DNA from: a virus
Taxonomy: Duplodnaviria; Caudoviricetes
Direction: 5' to 3' (one strand)
IMG/VR virus record: IMGVR_UViG_3300017919_000016
Location: 27,965 to 91,964 of that record
DNA: 64,000 nt
Shown here: positions 28,474 through 37,661 of the stretch, piece after piece
How the letters are laid out: the number at the start of each line of letters is the position of its first letter
Position numbering within the stretch: the first letter of the stretch is position 1
Made by a program: the position numbers and the translations under genes
The notes under the pieces: generated by a model
The model's database searches: none
What the model was told of the DNA's origin: nothing
What the model saw: only the letters and a program-made list of their open reading frames with translations

Positions 28474-29547
28474 TTAGTATGGGGCATAGTAAACATAACC
28501 GCTAGCTTTAGCATAAAAACCATCACCAGGAATGTACATGGCACCATCGAAGGTGTCATACTGACTTGTGGTGAAACCCGGCTGTTCAACTCCCTCCCAG
28601 TAAAGACCATCATTGGAGACACAGAGCATACTCTCTTTTAGAAGTGCGAACTTTCCCCAGTCCTCCATCCAGATGATGTTCCTTGGATTTGGGATATTGT
28701 TGTTGGCCAGATCCCCTACCCAGGAAAGATTGGTCTCGGTGATCTGTGTGGCATCATCACTCATCACACAGAGCTTTACATAGTAGGTATAATCACCGCC
28801 CACATTGGTGTAGTTGAACTTCATCACAAAGAGGACATCATTCACAGACCTGATAAACATATACCGGGTGTCGTTCACATCCTCTGGTATAGTCGTAGTC
28901 CAAAGACCGGGAGTGGCTGAACTGGCTATTGCTATGGATTTGTCTCCACCAACTACGCCGACAAAGTTTCCCTTATGGGTGGTCAGGTATTTAAAAATCG
29001 GTACCGAAGTTCCGTCAGATCCAACCAAGGTCCATGCAGTTCTTTCCTCTAAAGAGTCAAAGCTATAGAAGACTGGTGATTTGTAGTACCACCAACTGAC
29101 GATACCGGAGCCTCTGGCCATATCATAAGCCCCACATGTCATTGCATTATAAGCTCCGGGACAATACCCCGCATTATGCCAAGTGATGCCATCAAAGGAT
29201 GCGATGACATTGGCAAGGCCCACAATCTTGGCAATAAACACACCATCTGCTGCATAGAGAATCTCCGGCTGGCCATAGCTCCACCAAGGAACACTGACCA
29301 CTGTCCACTGCTTTGTGGTCTTGTTCCAGTAGGACATGTAGGGAGTCTTTGCAAAGTACACAGCAATTTGAGCGTTGCCATTATCGTAAACGTTAATCTG
29401 CTTCTCGCTGCCATACTGGGTGTAGCCAAAGTTATTATAGTATTTCTTTGACCAACTCAGTGTTGGAATGGTGAAAAGAACCTCTCCTCGTCCACCGAAA
29501 GCTGTCCAGATGGCTAGGGTGTTATTAAAAATATGATCATAGCTCAT
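28474..29547 (-). CDS. Putative tail tip / receptor-binding protein with Asp-box repeats
   Basis: Last tail-module position; aromatic-rich beta protein; SFDGITW and SNDGLYW. Confidence 0.7.
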   Translation of the reverse strand: MSYDHIFNNTLAIWTAFGGRGEVLFTIPTLSWSKKYYNNFGYTQYGSEKQINVYDNGNAQIAVYFAKTPYMSYWNKTTKQWTVVSVPWWSYGQPEILYAADGVFIAKIVGLANVIASFDGITWHNAGYCPGAYNAMTCGAYDMARGSGIVSWWYYKSPVFYSFDSLEERTAWTLVGSDGTSVPIFKYLTTHKGNFVGVVGGDKSIAIASSATPGLWTTTIPEDVNDTRYMFIRSVNDVLFVMKFNYTNVGGDYTYYVKLCVMSDDATQITETNLSWVGDLANNNIPNPRNIIWMEDWGKFALLKESMLCVSNDGLYWEGVEQPGFTTSQYDTFDGAMYIPGDGFYAKASGYVYYAPY

Positions 29548-29562
29548 GGATTCAGCCCTCCT

Positions 29563-30690
29563 TTATACTTTTGTGACGCTGGTGATTCTTCCGCCGCTAT
29601 CCACGGTGTAGTTATATGTTGCTGTTGTTCCGTCTGCGTATTCAATATAAAAACTCATCATATCCACCGTTAAAGTGGATACTTCTTTCAAAAGAAGCTC
29701 CGAGAAAATATTATCCAGGGTGATGCTTGTAATACGGCCCCCGCTATCTGTGGTGTACTGGTACTGGGCATGATACTGGTGAGTATCACCCTTTTCCACA
29801 GTGTAGGTCACATCAATGGTTGTTTCCGTCACTACAAGATTGGAAACTATGGTATAGGAGACCCCTAGGTCATTCACCTGTGTTTGAATGTCATCCACCG
29901 AGCTTCCCACATTATTTAAAGAACTCTCTATCCGGTAGAAGGTATCTGAAATGCTGGGTCTATACCTCCCAACTTCCACCCGGATGTTGTACCTATAAAA
30001 GGGATTGTATTCTAGGGAGATGATTCTCGTCTTCACGTTGATTCCTAAGGGGTTAAAAACAATCTGTACATTATCTCCTACAGCAAGGTTCAAGAGCTTA
30101 AAGAATGAGATGTCATAGGATGAAGCATTCTCCCTGGAATCATGGGATACCGCTACGTTGGTTACATTCTTTGAATCCATCACCGGGATATAGTCAGTGC
30201 TTCCCCTATGACTTCGAATGTTGATGTTGTAACCATCGTACTCAATTTCCCCGCCAAGGATAGCAATATATTGCATCAGAGCAGCCCTTCTTGATACTTC
30301 CTGATTTATCTTCATAGTGACACTCTCTGTGAAATCTACAATCCCAGCATTAAATGTTGTGCCTGAAAGAACCTGCTCAAGTCCTGCAGCCGGATCTCCG
30401 GTGAAGTCAAACTCTGTGATGTTATACATCTCATGATTCAGGAGATAGGATACGTGCTCACAAATCACTGAACAGATAGGAAGGCTGCCCTGAAGACTCT
30501 TTGAAATCTGAACAATCTCAAAATACTGATCATCCAGTTTTGCGATCTGTTTTACCTTAAGAGCCAGTGCTGATTTTGCGAGCACCGTAAAAGAAAGTGT
30601 ATACTCCCCTTCTAGGGTTTCTCTGACAGTAGCACTCATGACTTTTTTAATGTTTTGAAGCAGTGTACTACCTGCATAGATTTCAATCAA
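29563..30690 (-). CDS. Tail hub/Tal-like (prophage tail endopeptidase family) protein
   Basis: ETLEGEY.LSF, CEHVSYLL, GGEIEYD; directly after TMP. Confidence 0.75.
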   Translation of the reverse strand: MIEIYAGSTLLQNIKKVMSATVRETLEGEYTLSFTVLAKSALALKVKQIAKLDDQYFEIVQISKSLQGSLPICSVICEHVSYLLNHEMYNITEFDFTGDPAAGLEQVLSGTTFNAGIVDFTESVTMKINQEVSRRAALMQYIAILGGEIEYDGYNINIRSHRGSTDYIPVMDSKNVTNVAVSHDSRENASSYDISFFKLLNLAVGDNVQIVFNPLGINVKTRIISLEYNPFYRYNIRVEVGRYRPSISDTFYRIESSLNNVGSSVDDIQTQVNDLGVSYTIVSNLVVTETTIDVTYTVEKGDTHQYHAQYQYTTDSGGRITSITLDNIFSELLLKEVSTLTVDMMSFYIEYADGTTATYNYTVDSGGRITSVTKV

Positions 30691-30711
30691 GGCTAATCCC
30701 TCCTCTCTGTT

Positions 30712-32991
30712 TTATGATCCTGCCACTCCAAGATTTCTAACGGTGACGGTATTTTGATTCCACTGTAGTTGTGCTATGACTCTTGTTAGAATATTTCCAT
30801 CAATTGTAAGTGGAATGGTCACATCAAAGACTGCACCTTCAGAACCACCGAGACTTCCTGAAACTTGAGAGTTCAGATCGAGATCAAAGTCTGTAGGTAT
30901 AGCTCCTTGAATGTCTTTTTCAACCCCACTCATGGCTTCAGTGAAGCCCTCTCCAATACCTTCACTCATGTTGGCACCAATCCCAGCGAATACTTTTGAT
31001 GGTGAGCGGATTCCAAGAACACCTTTAACACCTTTAACGATACCACTGACCATGCTATCCACTTTTCCTTTCAGCCAACCGATCATGGAGGAGATACCGT
31101 CCCATAGACCTCTAGCGATGTTTTTTCCCACATCATTCATAGAAGGAATGGCTCTTCCCAGTCCTGTCACAATTGCCGAGATGATTTGTGGAAGCTGACC
31201 GACAAGCTGCGGAATGGCTCTGATGAGTCCTGCCGCCAGCTGGATGGTCAGCTGAATGCCCATCTCAATAATCTTAGGTAAGTTATTTGTGATGAAGGTA
31301 ATAATGCTATTGATTATTTGAGGGAGGGCATCTATTAGCTTCGGCAGTGAGTTGATCAGACCCTCGGCAAGGCCACTGATGATCTGAAAGGCTGCATCAA
31401 GGACCAGGTCTAAGTTGTCGATGAACGTCTGGGCAATGAGAATCACTGCTTCAACAATGGAAGGAACCAGCTCAGGTAGCGCTTCACCAAGTCCCGTAGC
31501 AAGGGTAACAATCATCACAAGGGCTGCTTCTACAAGTGCTGGCAGATTGGCGATGATTCCATCTACTAAAGTCAGCACCAGTTGGAGTGCGCCTTCAGTA
31601 ATCTGAGGTAGAGCTTCGATGAGTCCACCTACGATGGTCATAATAATATTTGTCGCCGCTTCAATAAGCGTTGGCAAGTTATCGATGATGCCACTTACTA
31701 GAGCAAGAACAAGGTCCGGTGCCACTTCGGCAATAGCCGCTATGAGTCCAGTCACCACCTCTAAAATCTGCGGAAGAATCACTGCAATCTGATCCACCGT
31801 TTGCCTGGCCCCTTCTTTTAACGCTTCTGCGGCTCCTTCTTGGCCAGTAATTAGTCCGGTAAGCCCATCAAGCACCATGGTGAAGCCAGGAAGGAGCTGC
31901 GAGGTGATGTTGTTTTTCACCCCTGCAAAGGAACGAGTGAGGTTATCCATGGCATCGGTGTAACCCACCGCCGCATCAATGGATTCATCACTCATCACTA
32001 GGCCAAGTTCACTGGCTTTATTCTTCAGAGCATCTGTGCTTTCTGCTGTTTGATTTAAAAGGGCTCCAAGCTCTACAGAAGACGTGCCAAGAAGGTCATT
32101 GGCAATAGCAGCTTTTTCGCCTTCATCTGCAATCCCCTGTAGTCCTCTAACGGTCATCTCAAAGACTTCTTCTCGAGATTTCCCTTGAAGGTCCTCCATA
32201 GAAATGCCGAGTCTTTTAAACTTTTCAGTAGCAGAAGCACTCCCATTAATGGCATCATCCACGGTGCTATTCAGTTTCTTCATCCCGGCTTCAAGAGATG
32301 AGATGCTGGCACCATTTTGAGAAAGTACATACTCCCATTCCTGATAGCCTTGTCTCGAAAGGCCCAGTCTTTGACTGGCTTTATCCACTACATCTCCGGC
32401 GGCAGCTGCATCATTTGCCATATCATACAGCTTCTTTCCCGCACCCACTGCTGCAGTTCCAATGGCTGCCATGGCCACACCAATACCGGCGGCTACACCT
32501 TTCATGACAGATCCTAGTTTTTCAAGCTTCCCACCGGAATCATCTGCTACTTTAGCTGACTCTTTAATCTCATCGCCAAACTTATCAGCTTCTTTACCGG
32601 CATCATCAAATCCATTGCTGGCTGCATCGAGAGCTTTATTGTTTTCATCAAGCTCCCGCTCCATCTTGTTAAGATCTGCATTTGCATTATTCAGCTGAAT
32701 CTGCCAGGCCTTGGTTCGCTTGTCATTCTCGCCAAAGGAGTCGGCGGCATTTTTAAGGGCAGCTTCCAGGGTGCCGATTTTGTTTTTCTGGGCATCGATC
32801 TCTTTATTCAGGACTTCATTTCTTGCTGTCACTGCCTGTAGAGATTTATCCTGTTTATCAAACTGAGATGTGACGAGCTTCATCTCAGAACCAAGCACTT
32901 TGAAATCTCTGTTGATTTCACGAAGGCTATTCTTGAACTCCTTTTCCCCTTCAATACCTATTTTTAGGCCAAAATTGCTATCACCTGCCAT
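30712..32991 (-). CDS. Tape measure protein, copy A
   Basis: Ala-rich helical repeats with LP periodicity; GIRSPSKVF. Confidence 0.95.
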   Translation of the reverse strand: MAGDSNFGLKIGIEGEKEFKNSLREINRDFKVLGSEMKLVTSQFDKQDKSLQAVTARNEVLNKEIDAQKNKIGTLEAALKNAADSFGENDKRTKAWQIQLNNANADLNKMERELDENNKALDAASNGFDDAGKEADKFGDEIKESAKVADDSGGKLEKLGSVMKGVAAGIGVAMAAIGTAAVGAGKKLYDMANDAAAAGDVVDKASQRLGLSRQGYQEWEYVLSQNGASISSLEAGMKKLNSTVDDAINGSASATEKFKRLGISMEDLQGKSREEVFEMTVRGLQGIADEGEKAAIANDLLGTSSVELGALLNQTAESTDALKNKASELGLVMSDESIDAAVGYTDAMDNLTRSFAGVKNNITSQLLPGFTMVLDGLTGLITGQEGAAEALKEGARQTVDQIAVILPQILEVVTGLIAAIAEVAPDLVLALVSGIIDNLPTLIEAATNIIMTIVGGLIEALPQITEGALQLVLTLVDGIIANLPALVEAALVMIVTLATGLGEALPELVPSIVEAVILIAQTFIDNLDLVLDAAFQIISGLAEGLINSLPKLIDALPQIINSIITFITNNLPKIIEMGIQLTIQLAAGLIRAIPQLVGQLPQIISAIVTGLGRAIPSMNDVGKNIARGLWDGISSMIGWLKGKVDSMVSGIVKGVKGVLGIRSPSKVFAGIGANMSEGIGEGFTEAMSGVEKDIQGAIPTDFDLDLNSQVSGSLGGSEGAVFDVTIPLTIDGNILTRVIAQLQWNQNTVTVRNLGVAGS

Positions 32992-33057
32992 AGTGTCTCA
33001 CCTCCTCCTCTTTAGGCATGAAAAAAGACACCTCGTCTCAAGTGTCTAAAAATCAAT

Positions 33058-33267
33058 CTAGATCCAAGCGGGAATGACGTCATCGATCGATAGATTTAGC
33101 TTCGGTTTTGCGATGCCAATAAACTGCTTGTGGCATTCCCAAAGATCCATCAGATAACCTATAGGCATCAGCCACACCTCATCTTCTTTACGATTAAGAT
33201 GGGCCGTGCCGTAGTAGATCAGTCGGGTAAATAACTCCTCATCACTTACCCGACTACCTCGTTTTTT
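33058..33267 (-). CDS. Tail chaperone GT extension via -1 frameshift, copy A
   Basis: A AAA AAC at 33261-33267; -1 frame open to TAG at 33058. Confidence 0.82.
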   Translation of the reverse strand, partial: KKRGSRVSDEELFTRLIYYGTAHLNRKEDEVWLMPIGYLMDLWECHKQFIGIAKPKLNLSIDDVIPAWI

Positions 33268-33656
33268 GAAGGTTCGCTCTCCACATTTCTCTTGGTCCCC
33301 TTCATCATACTGGCCATGATGGCGTTCTTGTAGGCCGCTAGATCAAAAGGTGTGGTGAGAAGCTCCACTTCTTCTTCAGTGAGGAGTTCTTTCTTCTGAT
33401 CCTTATTCCTGATGTTATGAATCAAGATGGACTGATTGGCCAGAAGGGTGATGAGCCAAACCACCTCCTCGAGCGCCATTTCAAAGTTCTCAGTTTTCAT
33501 GAGCTTCTCGCCAAGGTTTTCAAGACCGCCATAACGTCCTGCAATTTCTTTTGTTGCCTTCGTTGTGAGTACCAGCTTAAACTCTGTGCCACCGATTTCA
33601 ATAGTGGCGCTTCGATCTTCAGCTGCTTCTGTGAGTTTTACATTTTCATCTGCCAT
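33246..33656 (-). CDS. Tail assembly chaperone (G), copy A
   Basis: Synteny and slippery site. Confidence 0.85.
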   Translation of the reverse strand: MADENVKLTEAAEDRSATIEIGGTEFKLVLTTKATKEIAGRYGGLENLGEKLMKTENFEMALEEVVWLITLLANQSILIHNIRNKDQKKELLTEEEVELLTTPFDLAAYKNAIMASMMKGTKRNVESEPSKNEVVG

Positions 33657-33670
33657 CTATCTTCCCTCCA

Positions 33671-34552
33671 TTAAGATACGATTACTGTTGCTACTTCAGT
33701 TGTCACAGGATCTGCTCCACTTAAGTTCAGCACACAGTAATAGTAATAGGTATCCGCCAGAAGACCCGTTGGGATATCAAAGCTGGCAGAGGTCTCTCCA
33801 TTAATTGGTGTACCTCCTGTAGAACTGTCAATGGTGTTTTCATACCACTGATACGTTACAGGGTTAGACGTATTGGAACTTGCCACCACAGAAAGACTTC
33901 CAGTTATGCTACCGGCTGTCACTTCGGTGAGGGCTGCAGGCTGAGTCGTGATGGTAATCGCCGGTGTTACCGGAGTAAAGTTTGGTTCATACACGGAAGT
34001 GAACCAACCTGAAATAGTCGATGGTGCAACACCGCTATCTCCTTCAGTGACTTCGGCTTTCCATGGGTGCTTGTTTTCTCCATCCAGTTTGTTTCGTCTA
34101 AAGACCGTTCCCTCTATGGTGGGACTACTAAAGGTAATGGAATCACCTTTGGTCGCAAGGCTGGTGGCAGGGACACTAAAGATAACTCGATAGAGCCAAA
34201 AATATCTATAGCGTCCGTTGGCCTTCTTAGCACGAAACCCGATGGCCACTGGGCTTCCTCCATCTTCACTTCTTGAAACAACGACATTGTTGCTGTCGAT
34301 TTTGCATCCTGTTAAATCCTGGGCCACCACTGAACCAATATCATCAATCCCAAGAGTCAGTGCGCCGCTTTTGAATTCCTTCACAACTTCTGATGCACCA
34401 TCATCCGCATAAAGAATTGCTTCAATCAGCTCCACACTCAGTTCTGCCGTCATGGCTTTAGCCAGGACCTTTGGTGTGCCATAGGTTTCGATGCCATTTT
34501 GATCTTCTGTAATCTTGGCGTAGTATAGACTGTCGAGTCCAATTGTTGCCAT
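33671..34552 (-). CDS. Major tail protein with Ig-like domain, copy A
   Basis: As copy B. Confidence 0.92.
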   Translation of the reverse strand: MATIGLDSLYYAKITEDQNGIETYGTPKVLAKAMTAELSVELIEAILYADDGASEVVKEFKSGALTLGIDDIGSVVAQDLTGCKIDSNNVVVSRSEDGGSPVAIGFRAKKANGRYRYFWLYRVIFSVPATSLATKGDSITFSSPTIEGTVFRRNKLDGENKHPWKAEVTEGDSGVAPSTISGWFTSVYEPNFTPVTPAITITTQPAALTEVTAGSITGSLSVVASSNTSNPVTYQWYENTIDSSTGGTPINGETSASFDIPTGLLADTYYYYCVLNLSGADPVTTEVATVIVS

Positions 34553-34590
34553 ATCCTATTCCTCCTTCAAAATAGCTGAATCCGCTTCAG

Positions 34591-34938
34591 CTAAAAATTC
34601 ACTTCATAAACTTTTGCCACATCGATGGCGAAGTGGTGAAAACCAGTATCTTCTTCGTATCCGAGATACCTTCTGTCCGTTATGATAAAGCCTGCTCCCA
34701 GTAGTGCTTTTACCACTTCATTTTTTCTCACCTGGTAGTTGCCCTTAGAGAACAAGGAGAGACGAACTTCCTGCAGTTCTGCTCCTGGCAGATCATCAGC
34801 AAAATGATCAAAGATATCACTCATAGGGGTAATGACCAGATATTCATCCGGAGCTTTTTTACTGAACACACCTGTTTCAATGGGAACCCCCAAAGGCACA
34901 AGGACCTCGCCTATATCCTTCAAAATACTGTTATACAT
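34591..34938 (-). CDS. Tail terminator/completion protein, copy A
   Basis: As copy B. Confidence 0.8.
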   Translation of the reverse strand: MYNSILKDIGEVLVPLGVPIETGVFSKKAPDEYLVITPMSDIFDHFADDLPGAELQEVRLSLFSKGNYQVRKNEVVKALLGAGFIITDRRYLGYEEDTGFHHFAIDVAKVYEVNF

Positions 34939-34958
34939 ATCGCTCGCCCTCCTTCTCT

Positions 34959-35390
34959 TTAGATTTTACTGATCTCTTCATCCAGCTTTCTTTTCATCGC
35001 ATCTATACAGGCGTTTCGGCTGGCTGTTTTTGCCGGTTTCAAGAATGGCTTAGCCGGCTGACCAGACTTACCGTACTCTAAGATATTGGCGAGTTTAGCA
35101 TTTGATTCTCCGTCTTTTCGCGGTTCATCAAAGCCCACCTTCACATTGTAATTGCCATCTCGATCCACGCCAGCAGGCGTTACACCGAGTGCATCAATCA
35201 GCTCTCCAGTAGACCTTGATGGAAGTTTTGTGTCACTTCCAATCGTTGCATGTAGATTGGTTTTCACTTTGGCTTTCACCACTTCGCCACCTTCTTTTAG
35301 GACTTTGGGGATGATTTCATCGGTCTTCTCAGCTAGGGTAGATACCTTTAACAAGAAGCTTTCAGGCATTTTGTAGGTTCCACGTGCCAT
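34959..35390 (-). CDS. HK97 gp10-family protein, copy A
   Basis: LEYGKSGQPAKPF. Confidence 0.9.
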   Translation of the reverse strand: MARGTYKMPESFLLKVSTLAEKTDEIIPKVLKEGGEVVKAKVKTNLHATIGSDTKLPSRSTGELIDALGVTPAGVDRDGNYNVKVGFDEPRKDGESNAKLANILEYGKSGQPAKPFLKPAKTASRNACIDAMKRKLDEEISKI

Positions 35391-35401
35391 GAAATCACCT
35401 C

Positions 35402-35740
35402 CTAGTCCTTCGTGGCTTCAATCTTTTCTGCTGCTACTTCAAAATAAAATCCCATAATAACCTCAACGCTTAAGATTCGGTACTCCCCGGTATCGCAGCG
35501 GATCAACATACCAGGTTCAATCACCACATCAGGAATCCTTCTAAACTGAAAGGTGGCACTCGCTTTGGAATAGGCGGCCATATTGGCCCACTTTCTTGAA
35601 CCGTGCCTTTCATCCCTATATGCACGAACACTGGCGATGATCTCTTCTCCCTTGGAGGAGAATCCTTCAGCGTCCTTGATGGGAATCGTATCGATGATGT
35701 CGATTCGGGTGTTCATCTTCCCAAAGCTCATACCCTTCAC
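35402..35740 (-). CDS. Head closure protein, copy A
   Basis: As copy B. Confidence 0.85.
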   Translation of the reverse strand: MKGMSFGKMNTRIDIIDTIPIKDAEGFSSKGEEIIASVRAYRDERHGSRKWANMAAYSKASATFQFRRIPDVVIEPGMLIRCDTGEYRILSVEVIMGFYFEVAAEKIEATKD

Positions 35741-35849
35741 CTACCTTTACTACCTTTTCCTCATAACCATGACTGCGATCCTTCCGTCTGCCCTTTCGGT
35801 AGCATCTTTTCTGACGTTTCCTTCTTTTCTTCACCCATAACCGTTTCAT
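35667..35849 (-). CDS. Arg/Lys-rich 60-aa microprotein, copy A
   Basis: MKRLWVKKRRKRQKRCYRKGRRK; frame conserved in both copies. Confidence 0.6.
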   Translation of the reverse strand: MKRLWVKKRRKRQKRCYRKGRRKDRSHGYEEKVVKVGEGYELWEDEHPNRHHRYDSHQGR

Positions 35850-36157
35850 CAGACCTGCCACTCCTTTCCCATGCGTAGAAGTAGATGTACTGTCTTCCAC
35901 ACCTGCTCTGAAGCACTGACATTGTCATTAAAGAAACCACCGGTGGAGCCATCACGACTCTCATAAAAATGAGAAGCCAGCATAATGACTCCCTGCTCAG
36001 TGGTCGGTGACATGGTGTTTTCTGTGTAGAAGTTTGCCCCTAGATGCTGATAACCTTCGGCATAGCTGATGGCGGCTGTAATGAACCCTTCTAGCAAGGC
36101 ATCATCCTCATTATGGGTTACAATGAGATTTTGTTTCACCTTCTCAAGAAGCGTCAT
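35849..36157 (-). CDS. Head-tail connector, copy A
   Basis: As copy B. Confidence 0.92.
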   Translation of the reverse strand: MTLLEKVKQNLIVTHNEDDALLEGFITAAISYAEGYQHLGANFYTENTMSPTTEQGVIMLASHFYESRDGSTGGFFNDNVSASEQVWKTVHLLLRMGKEWQV

Positions 36158-36163
36158 CTACCA

Positions 36164-36388
36164 TCACTCGCTTTCCATGAGGCCAGCGGTTTTAAGCTTT
36201 AAAAGTAAGGCGTTAAAATCTGCTACCAGGTCCGCCACATCCACAGCGGTGCTGTCTGCTTGAAGTGCTGCAGGTTTAAGCTGAGTACCATTAAAGGTAA
36301 TTTTCCCTTCTGCAGTTACGGCAAGCTCTCCACCGATGACAGTCTTCTCGCCACCCTGCTCGGTATAGTTTTTCGTGTTATATCCCAT
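36164..36388 (-). CDS. Head fiber/decoration protein, copy A
   Basis: As copy B. Confidence 0.7.
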   Translation of the reverse strand: MGYNTKNYTEQGGEKTVIGGELAVTAEGKITFNGTQLKPAALQADSTAVDVADLVADFNALLLKLKTAGLMESE

Positions 36389-36452
36389 GGTTTTCCCTCC
36401 TTATCAAAGTGAAAGGAAGGCAGTAACTAGGACCACCTTCCCGTTAAATTAC

Positions 36453-37661
36453 TTAGGCCTTTTGCTGAAGAACCTTGATGGCTTCAGGAAGGATTAGTTT
36501 TGCATCCAGTCTCTGAGATGCAAGGAAACCGACCTGACCATTTGCTGCATAGAGTTCGTTCAGACGTTTGAAGGTTCTACCCTGACGATCAGCAATCCAG
36601 TAGTACTTAAAGTCTCCAAAGAGGATGGTCTTTTCACCAGCTGCAGCTGTTGGCATATACTGAGAAGTAACCACTGGACGATTGAGAATCGTATCTGGTG
36701 TTCCTGACTGAACAGATGGCTGCCACAAGTACTGACCCTGACCATCTTTCAGCTTTCTAATAGCTTTGATGGTCGCATCATTCACAAGGAAGGTCGCATT
36801 CTTTCTATAAGCCGACTTCAAGCTGTGGTAAAGGTCAAGCACCTCATCAATGGTGATGGCTGTTGCACTTGCAGCAGTTACACCAAGGCTGGCTCCACCG
36901 GTTGTATGAAGAAGACCTGTAGGTTTGCTGCTTCCGTTACCAGTGAGGAAGCTTTCCTCCTCTGCTGCACCGATTCGTCTTGCAAACTCAGCTGCAATGT
37001 AGGCTTCAAGGTCGAAGTAGCTGTCATTAAGAAGCTCATCAGAAACCTTCAGCATGGTGCCAAGTTTGTAAGCTGACAAGGTCACCTGAGTGAATGCATC
37101 ATCACTTTCAGTGAAGGCCGCTTCTTCATCCATCCATGCTGCGGATCCATGACTTGCTACAACAGGAATTTTTCTATCCCCGTAGCTGGTCGTAATCACG
37201 TTACACAGATTTCTAAGCACATTTGCCTCTTCAAGTGCTTGAATCAGCTGGTTCTCATACTCATCCGGTACGAGGAATCCACCTTCTGAATCCGTACCAA
37301 TCTGAAGCGCGTTGTGAACTGCAGGGTTCATCTTGTTTCTCATGGCACCCCAAAAGGCACTTTTATAGGCATCGGACGCTCTACCAGTTTTCTCTTCGGT
37401 CATCTTATCAGGTCTGGATGCAAGAGGTTTGCTAAGGGCAGCTGAAAGCTCTCTGTCCATCATCTCTTGACGCTCGAGGCGCTCGATTTCCTTACCAAGG
37501 TTGACCACTTCATCTTCCATCTTTTCATAGACGGCATTGTCCTCAGGTTTGATCAGACCATTCTCCTGACGATGTTCATCAAGGAATAACTTAGCCTGCT
37601 CCCAAACCTTGGCACGTTTCTCTCTTAGTTCTTGAATTTTACTCATATTCATTACCTCCAA
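36453..37661 (-). CDS. Major capsid protein, HK97 family, copy A
   Basis: As copy B. Confidence 0.96.
   Translation of the reverse strand: MEVMNMSKIQELREKRAKVWEQAKLFLDEHRQENGLIKPEDNAVYEKMEDEVVNLGKEIERLERQEMMDRELSAALSKPLASRPDKMTEEKTGRASDAYKSAFWGAMRNKMNPAVHNALQIGTDSEGGFLVPDEYENQLIQALEEANVLRNLCNVITTSYGDRKIPVVASHGSAAWMDEEAAFTESDDAFTQVTLSAYKLGTMLKVSDELLNDSYFDLEAYIAAEFARRIGAAEEESFLTGNGSSKPTGLLHTTGGASLGVTAASATAITIDEVLDLYHSLKSAYRKNATFLVNDATIKAIRKLKDGQGQYLWQPSVQSGTPDTILNRPVVTSQYMPTAAAGEKTILFGDFKYYWIADRQGRTFKRLNELYAANGQVGFLASQRLDAKLILPEAIKVLQQKA

Noticed and set aside
27153-29547. Diversity-generating retroelement or shufflon acting on the tail paralogs
   Set aside because: No reverse transcriptase, no adenine-specific TR/VR pair, same orientation and no inverted crossover repeats seen.
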